Source of the DNA: an uncultured Chloroflexia bacterium
GTDB lineage: Bacteria > Chloroflexota > Limnocylindria > Limnocylindrales > CSP1-4
Length of the DNA stretch: 64,000 nt
Direction: 5' to 3'
NCBI GenBank assembly: GCA_963820735.1
Contig: CAWGBA010000004.1
Location: 266,658-330,657 of the forward strand
In this document: positions 19,899 to 31,233 of the stretch, piece after piece
Position numbering within the stretch: the stretch's first letter is position 1
Layout: each line of letters opens with the position of its first letter
Made by a program: the position numbers and the translations under genes
The notes under the pieces: model-generated
The model's input: the letters and a program-made list of their open reading frames with translations, nothing else
Told to the model about the DNA's origin: nothing
The model's database searches: none

Positions 19899-21016
19899 TG
19901 GCCACCGAAACGGCTCCCGAGCCGTCGGTGCGGCCCGCGGTGCCGAGCATCCCGCGGCCGCGCGTCGACGCGTCACGCATCCGTCGTGCGAGCAAGTCAT
20001 TCACGGTGACGCTCATTGCCGTGTGCGCGATCGCGGCGTTCCTCGCACCCCTCCTGCAGTCGGCCTCGATGGCGCTCAAAACGCGCGAGCAGATCACCCA
20101 GCTCGGTTCGCCGCTCTGGCCGGCCGACCCGCAGACCTTCGCCTACAACGGTCGGACGCTGGATGTCTACGAGGTCCCGGTCGATGGCCAGACACGCGAG
20201 CTGGCGCTGGTGACGCCCGGGCGCACGACCAGCCAGTTCGTGGACCCCGCCAGCCCCGATGCGGGGCTGATCACCTGGCAGGGCTCGTGGCGCTCGCTTG
20301 GACGTGCCTGGACATTCGCCCCACATTTCGAGAACTTCGGCCAGGTCTGGGACCTGCTCGAATATCCGCGCCTGCTGTTCAACACGGTCGTGATCGCGAT
20401 CGTTGGCATGATCGGGGTGCTGGTGTCCTGCACGGTCGTTGCCTACGGATTCGCGCGCTTCCGATTCCCGGGACGCAATCTGCTCTTCCTGCTGCTCATC
20501 TCCACGATCTTCCTGCCGGCCATCGTGACGACAATCCCGACCTATGCGGTCTGGCGCCAGCTTGGCGTCATCGGCAGCTCGAACCCGGTGATCGCGTGGG
20601 CGCCACTCCTGGTACCGACGTTCTTTGCCAACGCCTTCGACGTGTTCCTGATGCGCCAATACTTCATGACGATTCCACGCGAGATGGACGAGGCAGCGGC
20701 CATGGACGGCGCAGGTCCCTTCCGAACGCTCGTCGCTGTGATCATCCCCCAGTCGTGGCCGGTGATCATCGCGGTTGGGATTTTTCACTTCGTCTATTCG
20801 TGGAACAACTTCTTCGAGCCGCTGATCTACCTCACCACGCAGCCCGAGCTGCAGCCACTCGCGGTCGGCCTGCAGCGCTTCAACGGCATCCACAGCCGTG
20901 AGCCGTCGCTGTTGCAGGCCGGCACGCTGATGACGCTGATCATCCCGGTCATCGTCTACGTGATCTTCCAGCGAGCCTTCACGCGAGGCGTGGTCATCAC
21001 CGGCGTGGAGCGGTGA
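19898..21016 (+). CDS. Sugar ABC permease (MalG-like)
   Basis: MRQYFMTIPREMDEAAAMDGA. Confidence 0.93.
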   Translation: MATETAPEPSVRPAVPSIPRPRVDASRIRRASKSFTVTLIAVCAIAAFLAPLLQSASMALKTREQITQLGSPLWPADPQTFAYNGRTLDVYEVPVDGQTRELALVTPGRTTSQFVDPASPDAGLITWQGSWRSLGRAWTFAPHFENFGQVWDLLEYPRLLFNTVVIAIVGMIGVLVSCTVVAYGFARFRFPGRNLLFLLLISTIFLPAIVTTIPTYAVWRQLGVIGSSNPVIAWAPLLVPTFFANAFDVFLMRQYFMTIPREMDEAAAMDGAGPFRTLVAVIIPQSWPVIIAVGIFHFVYSWNNFFEPLIYLTTQPELQPLAVGLQRFNGIHSREPSLLQAGTLMTLIIPVIVYVIFQRAFTRGVVITGVER

Positions 21017-21038
21017 CGGACGCCACGGGCGCGCACCC

Positions 21039-21676
21039 ATGACGTCACCGATGCGCGTGGCGCTGACCTTCGACATGGAGCATCCCGACCGGCCGCCTGA
21101 GTCGCGGGTCTCGGAACGGATCCTCGAAACGCTGGCCGCGGCCGGCATGCACGCCACGATGTTCGTGCAGGGTCGCTGGGCCGAGGCGTACCCGGAGCTG
21201 GTGCGCCGCATCGCCGATGACGGACATCTGATCGGCAACCACTCTCACTATCACGTTCGGATGCCGCTCCTGACACGTGCGGGGATGGCCACCGATGTCA
21301 GCTCCGCTGCTCGCGCGATCCACGCTGCCTGCGGCGTCGACCCGCGTCCATGGTTTCGCTGTCCCTTCGGGGTCGCCGACAGGGGAACTCGGGTGTCCGG
21401 TGTGCTGGCGCGGCTGGGATACCGCGATGTCGGGTGGCACGTCAGCAGCGACGACTGGGACGCTCGCTCCGGAGCCGAGCGTGGAGGCACGCGTCCTTGA
21501 TGGGGTGGCCTCCAACGGCGATGGGAGCATCGTGCTGTTGCATGGCTGGCCTCCCGCGACGGCGGCTGCGCTGCCGACATCTGATCGAACGGCTGATCGA
21601 TCGAGGGGCGACCTTCGTCACCGTCGATGCCCTGACCGAGATCCCGGCAGCAGCCGTGTTTCCGGGAGGCGCATGA
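21039..21676 (+). CDS. Polysaccharide deacetylase, NodB/CE4 (frameshifted)
   Basis: VALTFD, GNHSHYH, FRCPFG, DW, IVLLH; no signal peptide. Confidence 0.85.
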
Positions 21677-22715
21677 CTCCTTCGGAGGGTGGCAGTCGCG
21701 AGCTGGTCCTCGGCATCGACGGCGGCAACTCCAAGGTCGACGTTGCGCTGGCGCACGTCGACGGCACGCTGGTCGGAGCCCGGCGCGGACCGACGATCTC
21801 GCACCAGCAACGAGAGCTCGCCTCCGGAATGGCTCATTTGCGCGAACTGGTCAACGAGATCTGCGCCGGTGCCGGCCTGCCGGCAGCTCGGCCGGTGGCA
21901 AGTCGCTGCGTCGCCTCGCTCGCCGGCGCCGACTACCCGGCCGACGTCCGCCTGCTCACGCGAGCAATTTCCGGGCTGCGGCCTGTCCGAGCACGTCACG
22001 GTGGTCAACGACACGATCGGCGCGCTGCGCGCTGGCGCGTCACGGCCATGGGGCGTCGGGCTGGTCTGCGGCCAGGGCATCAACGCGTCGGCGATCTCTC
22101 CCGAACGGTCGACAGGCCGGCTTCCCGGCCGTCGGAGACATCGCCGGAGACTGGGGCGGTGGCCACGAGCCTCGGCATGGCCGCACTCGGCGCGGCCGTT
22201 CGTGCGCAGGACGGCCGCGGGCCGCGAACCGTCGTTCGAGCGGTCCGTGCCCGCGTTCTTCGGTCTGCGACGCCCGGCGGACGTGACCCGCGCGCTGTAC
22301 GAGGGGAAGCTGGGCCCGCGACACCGGCCTCCGGCAGGCTCGCGCCGCTCGTGTTCGATGAGGCTGCCGCGGGCGATGCGATCGCGCGAGACATCATCGA
22401 GCGACTGGCGACCGAGCTCGCGGCCATGGCCAACGCGCTGATCCGACGGCTGCGGATGACCAGGCTCGACGTCGAAGTCGTCCTGGCTGGCGGCGTCTTC
22501 CGCACCGAGGAGCCAGGGTTCTACGCCTCTCTCGAACGCCAGGTCCGCGCGGTTGCACCTCGCGCGACGTTCGTGCGGCTGCGCTGGCCGCCGGTCGCCG
22601 GAGCGGTTCTGCTGGCGATGGAGGAGGCGTTGGGTCGCGGGCGCCGGCATCGGACGAGTCGGGGCGGGTCCGCGGCTCGTTGGCCACGTGGGATCGCCAG
22701 GTTCGCGACGTCTGA
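21673..22715 (+). CDS. BadF/BadG/BcrA/BcrD ATPase family sugar kinase (frameshifted)
   Basis: LGIDGGNSK, VVNDT, GLVCGQGIN, GDWGG, VVLAGGVF, PVAGA. Confidence 0.85.
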
Positions 22716-22757
22716 CGCGCCGGGTCGGCCTGGGCGGCGGCCATCAATTTCCTCTCG

Positions 22758-22935
22758 AGAATCGAAGCGGCCCCGCCGAAGCGGGGCCGCGTTCACTGTC
22801 CCGGCTTGGCCGACGGTTTCCCGCCGGTCTTCTGCCACGCCACAAGGGCATCTATCACGCCGGCTGCACCGGCTACCCTAACCCAACCTACCCATGACCT
22901 TGCGCCTGGGGCAGTCGTGCTGTCGAGCAGCACCA
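22758..22935 (-). ncRNA. Candidate standalone structured small RNA (~175 nt)
   Basis: Promoter TTGAGC-N18-TACACT, several hairpins whose G-U pairs work only on the - strand, GAAA tetraloop, C(UUCG)G terminal hairpin, no credible ORF. Confidence 0.55.
22767..22790 (-). terminator. Intrinsic terminator-like hairpin
   Basis: GCGGCCCCGC-TTCG-GCGGGGCCGC followed by TTCGATTCT on the - strand. Confidence 0.7.
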
Positions 22936-23048
22936 CGGGCAGTGTACCCGGAAGAACCCCTTCGGCTCAAGTGGAATATGCAGATTGCATCGTTAATATT
23001 CCGCAATGAGCGAATTGCAAGAGTCACGGGGAAGCCCGGCGAAGCCGG

Positions 23049-23747
23049 CTACGGCGCGCTCGGCATCAGGGGACGCCGTCGGCTGCTGGACGGTCACGAG
23101 CTCATGACGACGGGGTTGGTGGCGGCGTTGGCCGGCGGACCGCTGTTGGGCATCGCGGCGATCTTGTCGACGACATCCATCCCCGACGATGACGTCGCCG
23201 AAGATGACGTAGCTCCTCGACAGCTGGTCCATCACGCTGTCGTCGAGCACGATGAAGAACTGGGATCCGGCAGAGTTCGCGTTCGGATGTTCGAGCCATG
23301 GCAACCGTCCCGCGCGTGTAGTTGCCGACGACCTGCTCGTCGGGGATGGTGTAGCCGGGACCGCCGGTGCCGTCGCCTTTCGGGTCGCCGCCCTGGATGA
23401 CGAAATCGGGCACCAGGCGGTGGAAGGTCGTGCCGTTGTAGAAGCCCGCCGAGGCGAGGTTGATGAAGTTCTGCGACGGCGACCGGAGCCGACTGGTCGT
23501 AGAGCTTGATCACGATGTTGCCGAGATCGGTCTGTATGGTGCGGTGACACCGCGACCCGCCCGGCTGGGCGGCAGGACTGCGCCATCGGTGTCGCACGTT
23601 GGAGGGCCGACGCTCGGACGCGGCGTCTGCGACGAGCCGCGCTGCGCTGCAGGCGACCGCGAGCAAGCGCGACGAAGGCCAGCACGCAACGCGCGACGCC
23701 CGACCCGCCATGCGGCCGGTGCCGTTGAAGCCGGTGATGCGGCTCAT
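23049..23747 (-). CDS. Cyclophilin-type peptidyl-prolyl isomerase, probable lipoprotein (frameshifted)
   Basis: [64 protein letters not shown]. Confidence 0.88.
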
Positions 23748-24450
23748 GCTGCAGCCGCCACGGCTGCCGGGTAGTCGACGGCACCGGTGAAGATCGCTTC
23801 TCCAAGGATCACGGCACGAACTCCTGCATCTCTCATCTCCGACAACGTGTCCTCCGAACGGATTCCCCCGGCAACGATCAGTTCCGCGTCAACCGAGCCG
23901 GCAAGCGAGCCCAGCACGGCTGGGTCCGGCGTCGCGCCGCCGTGCGAGAGCACGAACCGATGCACGCCGGCGTCCGCGAGCTCTCCCATCAACTGGTGGA
24001 GTGTCGGCACCGTTGTGCGTCGCGTCCACTGGAACTCGGCCAGTCGATCCGGGCGCGCGTCCAGGCCGACGGCCAGCCAGTCGCCTGCGATCGCAGAGCA
24101 TGGCGCGCAGGCGCTCCGCGATCGTCTGCAGCCCACAGCGGCACGACGACACGGGTCGCACCAGCGGCGAATGCCAGCTCGACCTGCTCTGGTCCATCGA
24201 CGCCGCCGGCCAGCTGCAGCGGCACGGCCACGGCGCGCGCCACGGCACCGATCGCCTCGAGGTTCACCGGCCGCCCGCGAGCGGCCCCGTCCAGGTCGAC
24301 CAGGTGCAGCATCGAGCGCGCCCTGCGCGACGAACGCCTGCGCGATCCGCTCCGGGCGTCCGTCGGCGCGCCGCTGCCGGTCGCAGCGCCCGGCCACCAG
24401 ACCAGGCGCGATCGACCGTTGCGAAGGTCGAGGCTGGGGACGATCTGCAT
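23744..24450 (-). CDS. HisA/HisF-related TIM barrel protein, divergent (frameshifted)
   Basis: MQIVPSLDL, LHLVDLDGA, PLQLAGGV, VGLDAR, IVAGGIRS, VILGEAIF. Confidence 0.75.
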
Positions 24451-26174
24451 CACGCGAGCTGCGATCCCCTCGCCATCGTCCGGCATCGTCGGCCCGCCTC
24501 CCTCGCCCCGCAAGCAGACGCCGATGGAAGCTGATCGGGATGCTGCCCGAGTAGAGGAGCGCGTCGTGGAAGTCGCGCAGCGAGAAAGCGTCGCCAAGGC
24601 GCTGCTTCTCGTCCTCGCGCAGCCGCAGCAGCATGACCTTGCCGAGCAGGTAGCTCAGCTGGTACGTCGGCGTATAGGTGTAGCGGTGCACTTCGGCCGT
24701 GGCCTGGGGTCGCTCGAAGCCCGTTTCATTGATCAGGAACTCGACGGCATCCTCGACACTGATCTCGCCGCGGTGCAGCCGGACGTCGAGGATGATCCGG
24801 CAGGATCGCCAGATCGCGTCGGTGTACATGATCACGCGGTGCGCGGGCGAGGTGTCGAAGCCCTGCTCGCGCATCATCTGCTCGCAGTACATGCCCCAGC
24901 CCTCGACGAACTCGGGCGCGTCGATCAGCAGCCGGGTGAGGCTGGGATGCTCGACCGCCGCCGTGAGCTGCTGGTGGTGCCCGGGGTAGGCCTCGTGGAT
25001 GCTGGTGTTGCTGATCGACGCCCAGTTGTGCTCGAGCATCGCCCGCGGGTCGCCGTCGACCGATGGCGTGACGATGTAGATGCCGCTGCCGCTGCGCAGT
25101 CGAACTTGGCCGGCTGGAAGTAGGCCGCGAACGGGATGACGTTGCGCAGGTACTCGGGCGTCGGGATCACCGAGAGTGACTCGTTGGCCGGCACGGTCGC
25201 CAGTCCGTTCTCGCAGGATGAAGTCGCGCGCGCGGAACATGGCCTCGCGGTAGCCTTCGAGCGCACCCTCGAACGAATTGCGGGTGGTCTTCCTTGACCC
25301 GGTTGAGGACCTCGCGCGTCGTCCGCGTTCGGATCGATCTCGGCGGCAGCATTGCCGACGTCCTTCGTGGTTCGCGGCCAGCTGATCGAGGCCGATCTGG
25401 AGGATGTCGTCGGTCGTCAGGCCGTCGAAGCGCGCGGAGCGCGACCAGCTGGTCGTAGTCGCTCGGAGCCCAGCGCGAAGTCGTCGTTCGAACGCTCGAT
25501 GACCGACTTCAGCCAGCCCTCGTAGTCGTTGAGGGCTGCCTTCGCTGCGTCGGCGGCGGCCTCGAGGCGCCGCAGCTCCGGGGAGCCTGCCTCGAACTCC
25601 GATCGTGCCGCCGCGAGGATCTCGTCGATGAACGACGGCAGCGACGTCGTCGACTCGAGCTCCATCTCGTTCCACAGGCGAACGGGTGCGTCACCGATTC
25701 GTGAGCGTCCCTCACGAAGTACGCGCGGCGTCTCCTCGAGCCGTGCCGGCGATGGATTCGAGGCGCTCGCGCAGCGGCGCGAAGTCGCGCGCGAACAGCA
25801 GGAACAGGCCGTCGCCGATCGTCGTCGCTGGCCGACGCACGACGCTCCCAGACACGATGGACCTCGTCGTCGAAGATGGCGCGCTCGGACGCGTTGATGG
25901 CCAGCTCGCGCTCGAAGCGGAACGGCTCGGACAGCGTTGCAGGATCGAGCGCGTGGAGCGCGGCCAGGAACTCGTGCTCCTCCGCGATCTGGCGAAGCTT
26001 GGCCTCGCGGCTGACGTCCCCAAGCCGGGCGTCATGGTCGTGGATGCCGAGCCACGTCGCGAACGTGGGAAACTGGTCGATCGTGCGTTCGAATCGTTCG
26101 CGCACGAGCGTTTCGAACTGCCGGTCTCCCTCGGTCTGCGCGGCTATCCCGACGCTGCCGGTTACCAGATCCAC
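24447..26174 (-). CDS. DUF885 domain protein (frameshifted; 3' end approximate)
   Basis: PTFATWLGIHDHD, HEAYPGHH, FVEGWGMYCE, PTYQLSYLLGK, FHDALL. Confidence 0.88.
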
Positions 26175-26216
26175 TCGCGTGTTACTCCTCGTTGCAGGGC
26201 GGCGAGCATACCGGCG

Positions 26217-27354
26217 TCAGGCTGGAGTCGCGACGGCCTCTGCCCTGGGATCGGCCGCCGCCGTCGAAGAACCCCCGCCGAGGTTGTTCAGCACGCGGCT
26301 CGCGGCGTCGATGGATCGGTCAATGTCCGACGCGACGATGCCGTAGTGCGTGACGGCACGAACCATCGCGCTGCCCGGGTACGAGATCATCAGCACACCC
26401 TCGTGCTCGAGGCCCGAGAGGAATGCCTCGCGCGCGTTCGAAGGCGTCATCCCCGGGATCGCAACGCGGAACAGCACGAAGTTGGTGCGCGCTCGGTCCG
26501 GATCCAGCCCGATGATGCCTGGCAGCCCTGCGAGGCCATCCGCGAGCCGTCGGGCGTTGGCATGATCCTCAGCGAGGCGATCGATCATGCCCGACGGGCC
26601 GTCGCGCAGCGCGATCAGGCCGGGCGCCGCGAGCACGCCCACCTGACGCATGCCGCCGCCGACGAGCTTGCGAGCACGGCGCGCCCGCCAGATGAAATCA
26701 CGGTTCCCGACGACGAGTGACCCGACCGGGCAGGAGAGTCCCTTCGAGAGGCAGAACGAGGCCGAATCGGCGTCGGCGAGCAGCGCGCGCGCCGAGGTGC
26801 CGAGCGCGACCGCGGCATTGAAGATGCGTGCCCCGTCCACGTGGAGTGGCACGCCGCGCTCGTGTGCCACGGCTGCAACCGAGCTGACGTAGTCGGCCGG
26901 CAGCGGTTGGCCCATCGAGTCGGAATGGGTGTTCTCGACGATCACCAGGGACGTGATGGGGTCGTGCACGTCGGTCGGGTCGCGGAACGCATCGCGGATG
27001 TCGTCCAGGCTCATGCGCCCGTCGCGATCCCAGTCCAGCGTTCGGATCGAGGCGCCGACCACGACCGCGAAGTTGCCGGCCTCGTGCTGGAAGCTGTGCC
27101 CGCCCTTCCCGATGATGATCTCGCCGCCCCGCGGGACGTGCGCCATCTCGGCAACCAGGTTGCCCATCGTCCCGCTCGGCAACGAAGAGCGCGGCTTCCT
27201 TGCCGGTGAGCTCCGCGGCGCGCTCCTCGAGCGCGATCACGGTCGGATCGTCTCCCCAGACGTCATCGCCGAGTTCGGCATCGGCCATGGCGCGGCGCAT
27301 CTCGGGCGTGGGGTGGGTGACGGTGTCGGAACGGAAGTCGACGGGCTGTGTCAT
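26217..27354 (-). CDS. ltaE: Low-specificity L-threonine aldolase (frameshift near 27180)
   Basis: [55 protein letters not shown]. Confidence 0.9.
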
Positions 27355-27406
27355 GGCGTTCCCGAGGATAGCGCGACGCTTTTCCGTTACCATGCGTCGG
27401 CCGCGC

Positions 27407-27483
27407 GGACCCGTGGTGTAGCGGCCCAACATGCCAGCCTGTCACGCTGGAGATCGCCGGTTCGAATCCGGTCGGGTCCGCCA
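27407..27483 (+). tRNA. tRNA-Asp(GTC)
   Basis: GGACCCGTGGTGTAGCGGCCCAACATGCCAGCCTGTCACGCTGGAGATCGCCGGTTCGAATCCGGTCGGGTCCGCCA. Confidence 0.97.
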
Positions 27484-27595
27484 GTACCTAGGTCTACGCC
27501 TCTTGAGCGACCCCTACAACCCGAACTCCGGACCGCAGTACGACCTGCCTCCGACGCGTGATCGGTTTCCGGACGGCCAACGCGGTTCTCGCTCG

Positions 27596-29358
27596 ATGGC
27601 GTCGTACGTCCTCGTGATCGCACTCGTCGTGCTGTTCGTCATCAGCGCAGCCGGATTCGCGGTGATGGCGCTCTCGGCCAAGCCGAGCCAGGCGCCGGGA
27701 AGTTCGGAGATACCCGCTTCGGCCGGCGCGTCGGGCGCCCCGCTGCCCTCCGAGTCGACCGTACCGCCGGCCAGTCACGGCGCCGGGGACGGCACCACGC
27801 AGAAGCCAACGCCGTCGGCACCCATAGTGTCGGCAACGCCGACTGACTCGTCGATCCCGACGGAGTCGTCGAGCCCGACGGGGTCCGGTGCGCCAAGTGA
27901 ATCCGTGTCACCTCTGGCATCTGCGACTCCCTCACCCACGGCCGGACCCCTGACCGAGCAGCAGATGCCGATGGTTCCAGTCGTGGACTTCTGGTCGACG
28001 CAGGACAGCATCTCCTCGCACGACCTGAAACAGGCACTGCAGGGCCAGAACGGCGACTTCAAGGGCGTGATCGTGCCGGACACAGATACGGATGCGATCG
28101 GCCAGGCCCTCGGCATCACGCTCGACGGCTCCGTCCAGACCGGCACCACGGACGACATCCTCGCGAAGATCCGTTCCGGCTGGCTCGGGGTCGTCCGGGG
28201 CTCGGATCTAGGCCCGCAGATGCGCGCGTTGGGCATCGACGGCGCCGATCTCGTCGGCGAGAACCACGTCCAGAAACTGAGCGCTTGGCCCTTCGTGGCG
28301 ACGGTGAGTGCGCCCTCGAATGAGACCTGGGACCAGGCGAGTACCTGGACGATCGCCGCGGGAGGCGACATCTTCATGGACCGCGGCGTCGAGAACACGA
28401 CGCTGAAGATGGGCAAGGGCGTGAACTACCCGTTCCAGGGCGGCACGGCCGTCGTGACCGGCCACTGCACCTGCTCGCCATCGCAGCAGATTCCGAACCA
28501 GATCGTCCCGGTCGTTCGGCGAACGGGTCATTCCGGTGCGGTGCGGAGCCTGGTCCAGAACGCCGATCTCTCGATCGCCAACCTCGAGGATCCCGTCATC
28601 GACAACCCGACGTGGCACACCTCGGGGACGATCTTTTCGGGGGTGCCGAAGCTCCTCGGAATGCTCAACTACGCGGGCATCGACTGGGTCTCGCTGGCCA
28701 ACAACCACATGTACGACTACGGCCCGAGCGGGATCGACCAGACCCGCAACAACCTGAAGCAGGCCGGGGTTCCGTTCGGCGGCGCCGGCGCAAATCTCGA
28801 CGAGGCAAGCCAGATCAGCTACCTGCACGCCAACGGCCGGAAGATCGCCATCGTCGCGTGCCAGGAGATCGTCAGCGACCATCGACGCCGGTCCCGACAA
28901 CGCGGGCACGCTCTCGTGCAAGTCGAAAGTGACAGTTCCGACTGATCGAAGAGGCGCGCCAGAACGCGGACGTGGTGATCGTCTTCGCGCATTGGGGTCA
29001 CGAGTTCTTCCGCGAGCCGTTCCCGAGCCAGGCGCCGCTCGCCCAGAAGTGGATCGACGCCGGCGCCGACATCGTCATGGGCAGCCATCCGCACGTGTAC
29101 GGCGGCCTCCAGGAGATCGACGGCAAGCCCGTGATCTACTCGATGGGCAATTTCATCTTCGACCAGTACTGGTCGACCGACACGATGGAGGGCGCCCTCA
29201 CCGAGATCACGATGCAGGGCGATCACGTGGTCCAGATCCGCCTGCATCCGTACGTGATCCTCGACCAGAGCCAGCCGAACCTGCTCAACCCGGCCACCGA
29301 CGATGGGAAGCAGTTGCTCAAGGAAATCCAGGCGGTCGCCGACCCGATGGGCTGGTAG
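27596..29358 (+). CDS. CapA/PGA_cap family metallophosphatase-like membrane protein 1 (frameshifted near 28880-28950)
   Basis: AGGDIFMDR, IANLE, SLANNHMYDYG, HWGHE, MGSHPHV, YSMGNFIFDQ. Confidence 0.87.
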
Positions 29359-29364
29359 GCAACC

Positions 29365-31197
29365 ATGTCGTGGCAATCGAACGGCCAGCAGCCCTGGTCG
29401 CCCCCGCCGCCTCTCGAGCCCCCGGCCTACTCGCAGCCGGTCGGCCCCGTCGGGCCGCTCGCGCCACCCACCGGCCCGCCGCCGCTACCTGGGCCGCCGT
29501 CAGAGCCGCCGCGGCGCCGGGGCCCAATCGCGCCCTGGTTCCTGCTGACCACGCTCATGGTTGTCGTGGTCGTCGCGTTCGGTGCCGTCATCGTGATGCG
29601 CGGACAGGCGGCACCGCCCGACTCGAACCGGCCACCAATCGAGGAACCGGCACCCAGTGACGCCGGACCTGACGCGTTCCCGTCCGAGTCCACCGACGAG
29701 TCGTTCGCGCCTTCAGAGGCTCCTGACTCGCCCAGCGCCACGGATGGCACACCGAGCGCGACCGTTGGCGCGAGCCCGGGCCCGGTTTCGAGCAGCGCCG
29801 CGGGCTCGGGCTCGATTCCGGTCGTTCCCGTCGTGAGCTTCTGGTCCACGCAGACCGACGAGAGCCTCGACGACCTGCGGGCGGCGTTCTCCGGCACCGG
29901 CGACTCCGCGAATAGCCTGGTGGTCACGGCCGACGACGCCGACGCGATCGCGTCCGCGCTCGGCGTGACCTTGGGCAGTGACGTGCAGCGCCTCTCGCTC
30001 GACCAGGTCCGCAAGCAGGTCAGCAAGGGCGCTCTGGGCCTCATGCCTGTGACCGACGTCGATCCGAGCGTTCGCGCGTTGTCGATCGACGGCGTCTCGC
30101 TGTTCGGCAATGATCGGATCAAGGACTCGTCGGCATGGCCGCTGTCGATCGCGACGACCGGCCCGACCGGATGGGATCAGGCGACGACCTGGACGCTCGT
30201 CGCCGGCGGCGACATGTTCATGGACCGTGGTCTCTACCGGGAAATCGTCAAGCAGAAGAAGGGCGTCGATTTCCCGTTTGACGGTGGCACGGCGACGGTA
30301 ACGGGCCACCACTGCTGCGGGATCTACGTGACGACCCACGAAATCCCGGACGTCCAGCTCACAGGTCACGCGGGTGCCGTTCGAGCCCTGGTGAAGGGGG
30401 CCGACCTGGCGATGGCGAACCTCGAGACGCCGGTCCCCGACAACTGGACGTACCATCCCCACGACTACATTTTCAGCAGCGATCCGGCGTTGCTGCCGAT
30501 GATCACCGACGCGGGCATCGACCTCGTCACGATTGCCAACAACCACATCAAGGACTTCGGCAACAGCGGGATCGCGGACAGCCGCAAGAACCTCGGGGCC
30601 GCTGGCCTGCAATTCGTCGGGGCCGGTGACGACCTCCAGGAAGCCGGCCAGATCGGGTACCTGCATGCCAACGGCACAACGGTCGCCGTCATCGGCTGCC
30701 AGGGCGTCTCGTCCGCGTATTACGCCACAGCCACGTCGCCTGGAGCGCTCCCTTGCACGACCAGTGACGTGGTCCCGCGGATCACCGAGGCGAAGCAGCA
30801 CGCCGACCTGGTGATCGTCTTCGCTCATTGGGGCAAGGAGTACGACAACAACCCGTATTCGACGCAGCCGCCGTTGGCCAAGTCGTGGATCGACGCCGGG
30901 GCCGGTCTGATCCTCGGAGCCCACACGCACGTCCCCGGCGCGATCGACGACATCGACGGGTCGGTCGTCTTCTATTCGCTGGGCAACTTCATCTTCGACC
31001 AGACCTTCTGGACGGCGACGATGGAGAGCGCCCTGCCCGAGATGACCTTCGATGGCAACCGGCTTGTCCAGATCCGGTTGCACCCGTACGTCGAGCCCGA
31101 CAGCCAGCCGAACTTCCTCAATGCCGCCACCGACGACGGCAAAGCCGTGATGGCGACGATCAAACAGGCTTCGGAGGGCGTCGGCCTGAACTGGTAG
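29365..31197 (+). CDS. CapA/PGA_cap family membrane protein 2
   Basis: AGGDMFMDR, MANLE, TIANNHIKDFG, HWGKE, GAHTHV, YSLGNFIFDQ. Confidence 0.9.
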   Translation: MSWQSNGQQPWSPPPPLEPPAYSQPVGPVGPLAPPTGPPPLPGPPSEPPRRRGPIAPWFLLTTLMVVVVVAFGAVIVMRGQAAPPDSNRPPIEEPAPSDAGPDAFPSESTDESFAPSEAPDSPSATDGTPSATVGASPGPVSSSAAGSGSIPVVPVVSFWSTQTDESLDDLRAAFSGTGDSANSLVVTADDADAIASALGVTLGSDVQRLSLDQVRKQVSKGALGLMPVTDVDPSVRALSIDGVSLFGNDRIKDSSAWPLSIATTGPTGWDQATTWTLVAGGDMFMDRGLYREIVKQKKGVDFPFDGGTATVTGHHCCGIYVTTHEIPDVQLTGHAGAVRALVKGADLAMANLETPVPDNWTYHPHDYIFSSDPALLPMITDAGIDLVTIANNHIKDFGNSGIADSRKNLGAAGLQFVGAGDDLQEAGQIGYLHANGTTVAVIGCQGVSSAYYATATSPGALPCTTSDVVPRITEAKQHADLVIVFAHWGKEYDNNPYSTQPPLAKSWIDAGAGLILGAHTHVPGAIDDIDGSVVFYSLGNFIFDQTFWTATMESALPEMTFDGNRLVQIRLHPYVEPDSQPNFLNAATDDGKAVMATIKQASEGVGLNW

Positions 31198-31233
31198 CGC
31201 GCATCCGTCGATGCCGGCGTCAGCCCGCCTGGC

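Noticed and set aside
23744-25675. 643-aa DUF885-HisA fusion ORF
   Set aside because: The middle part is out-of-frame sequence; an artefact of compensating indels.
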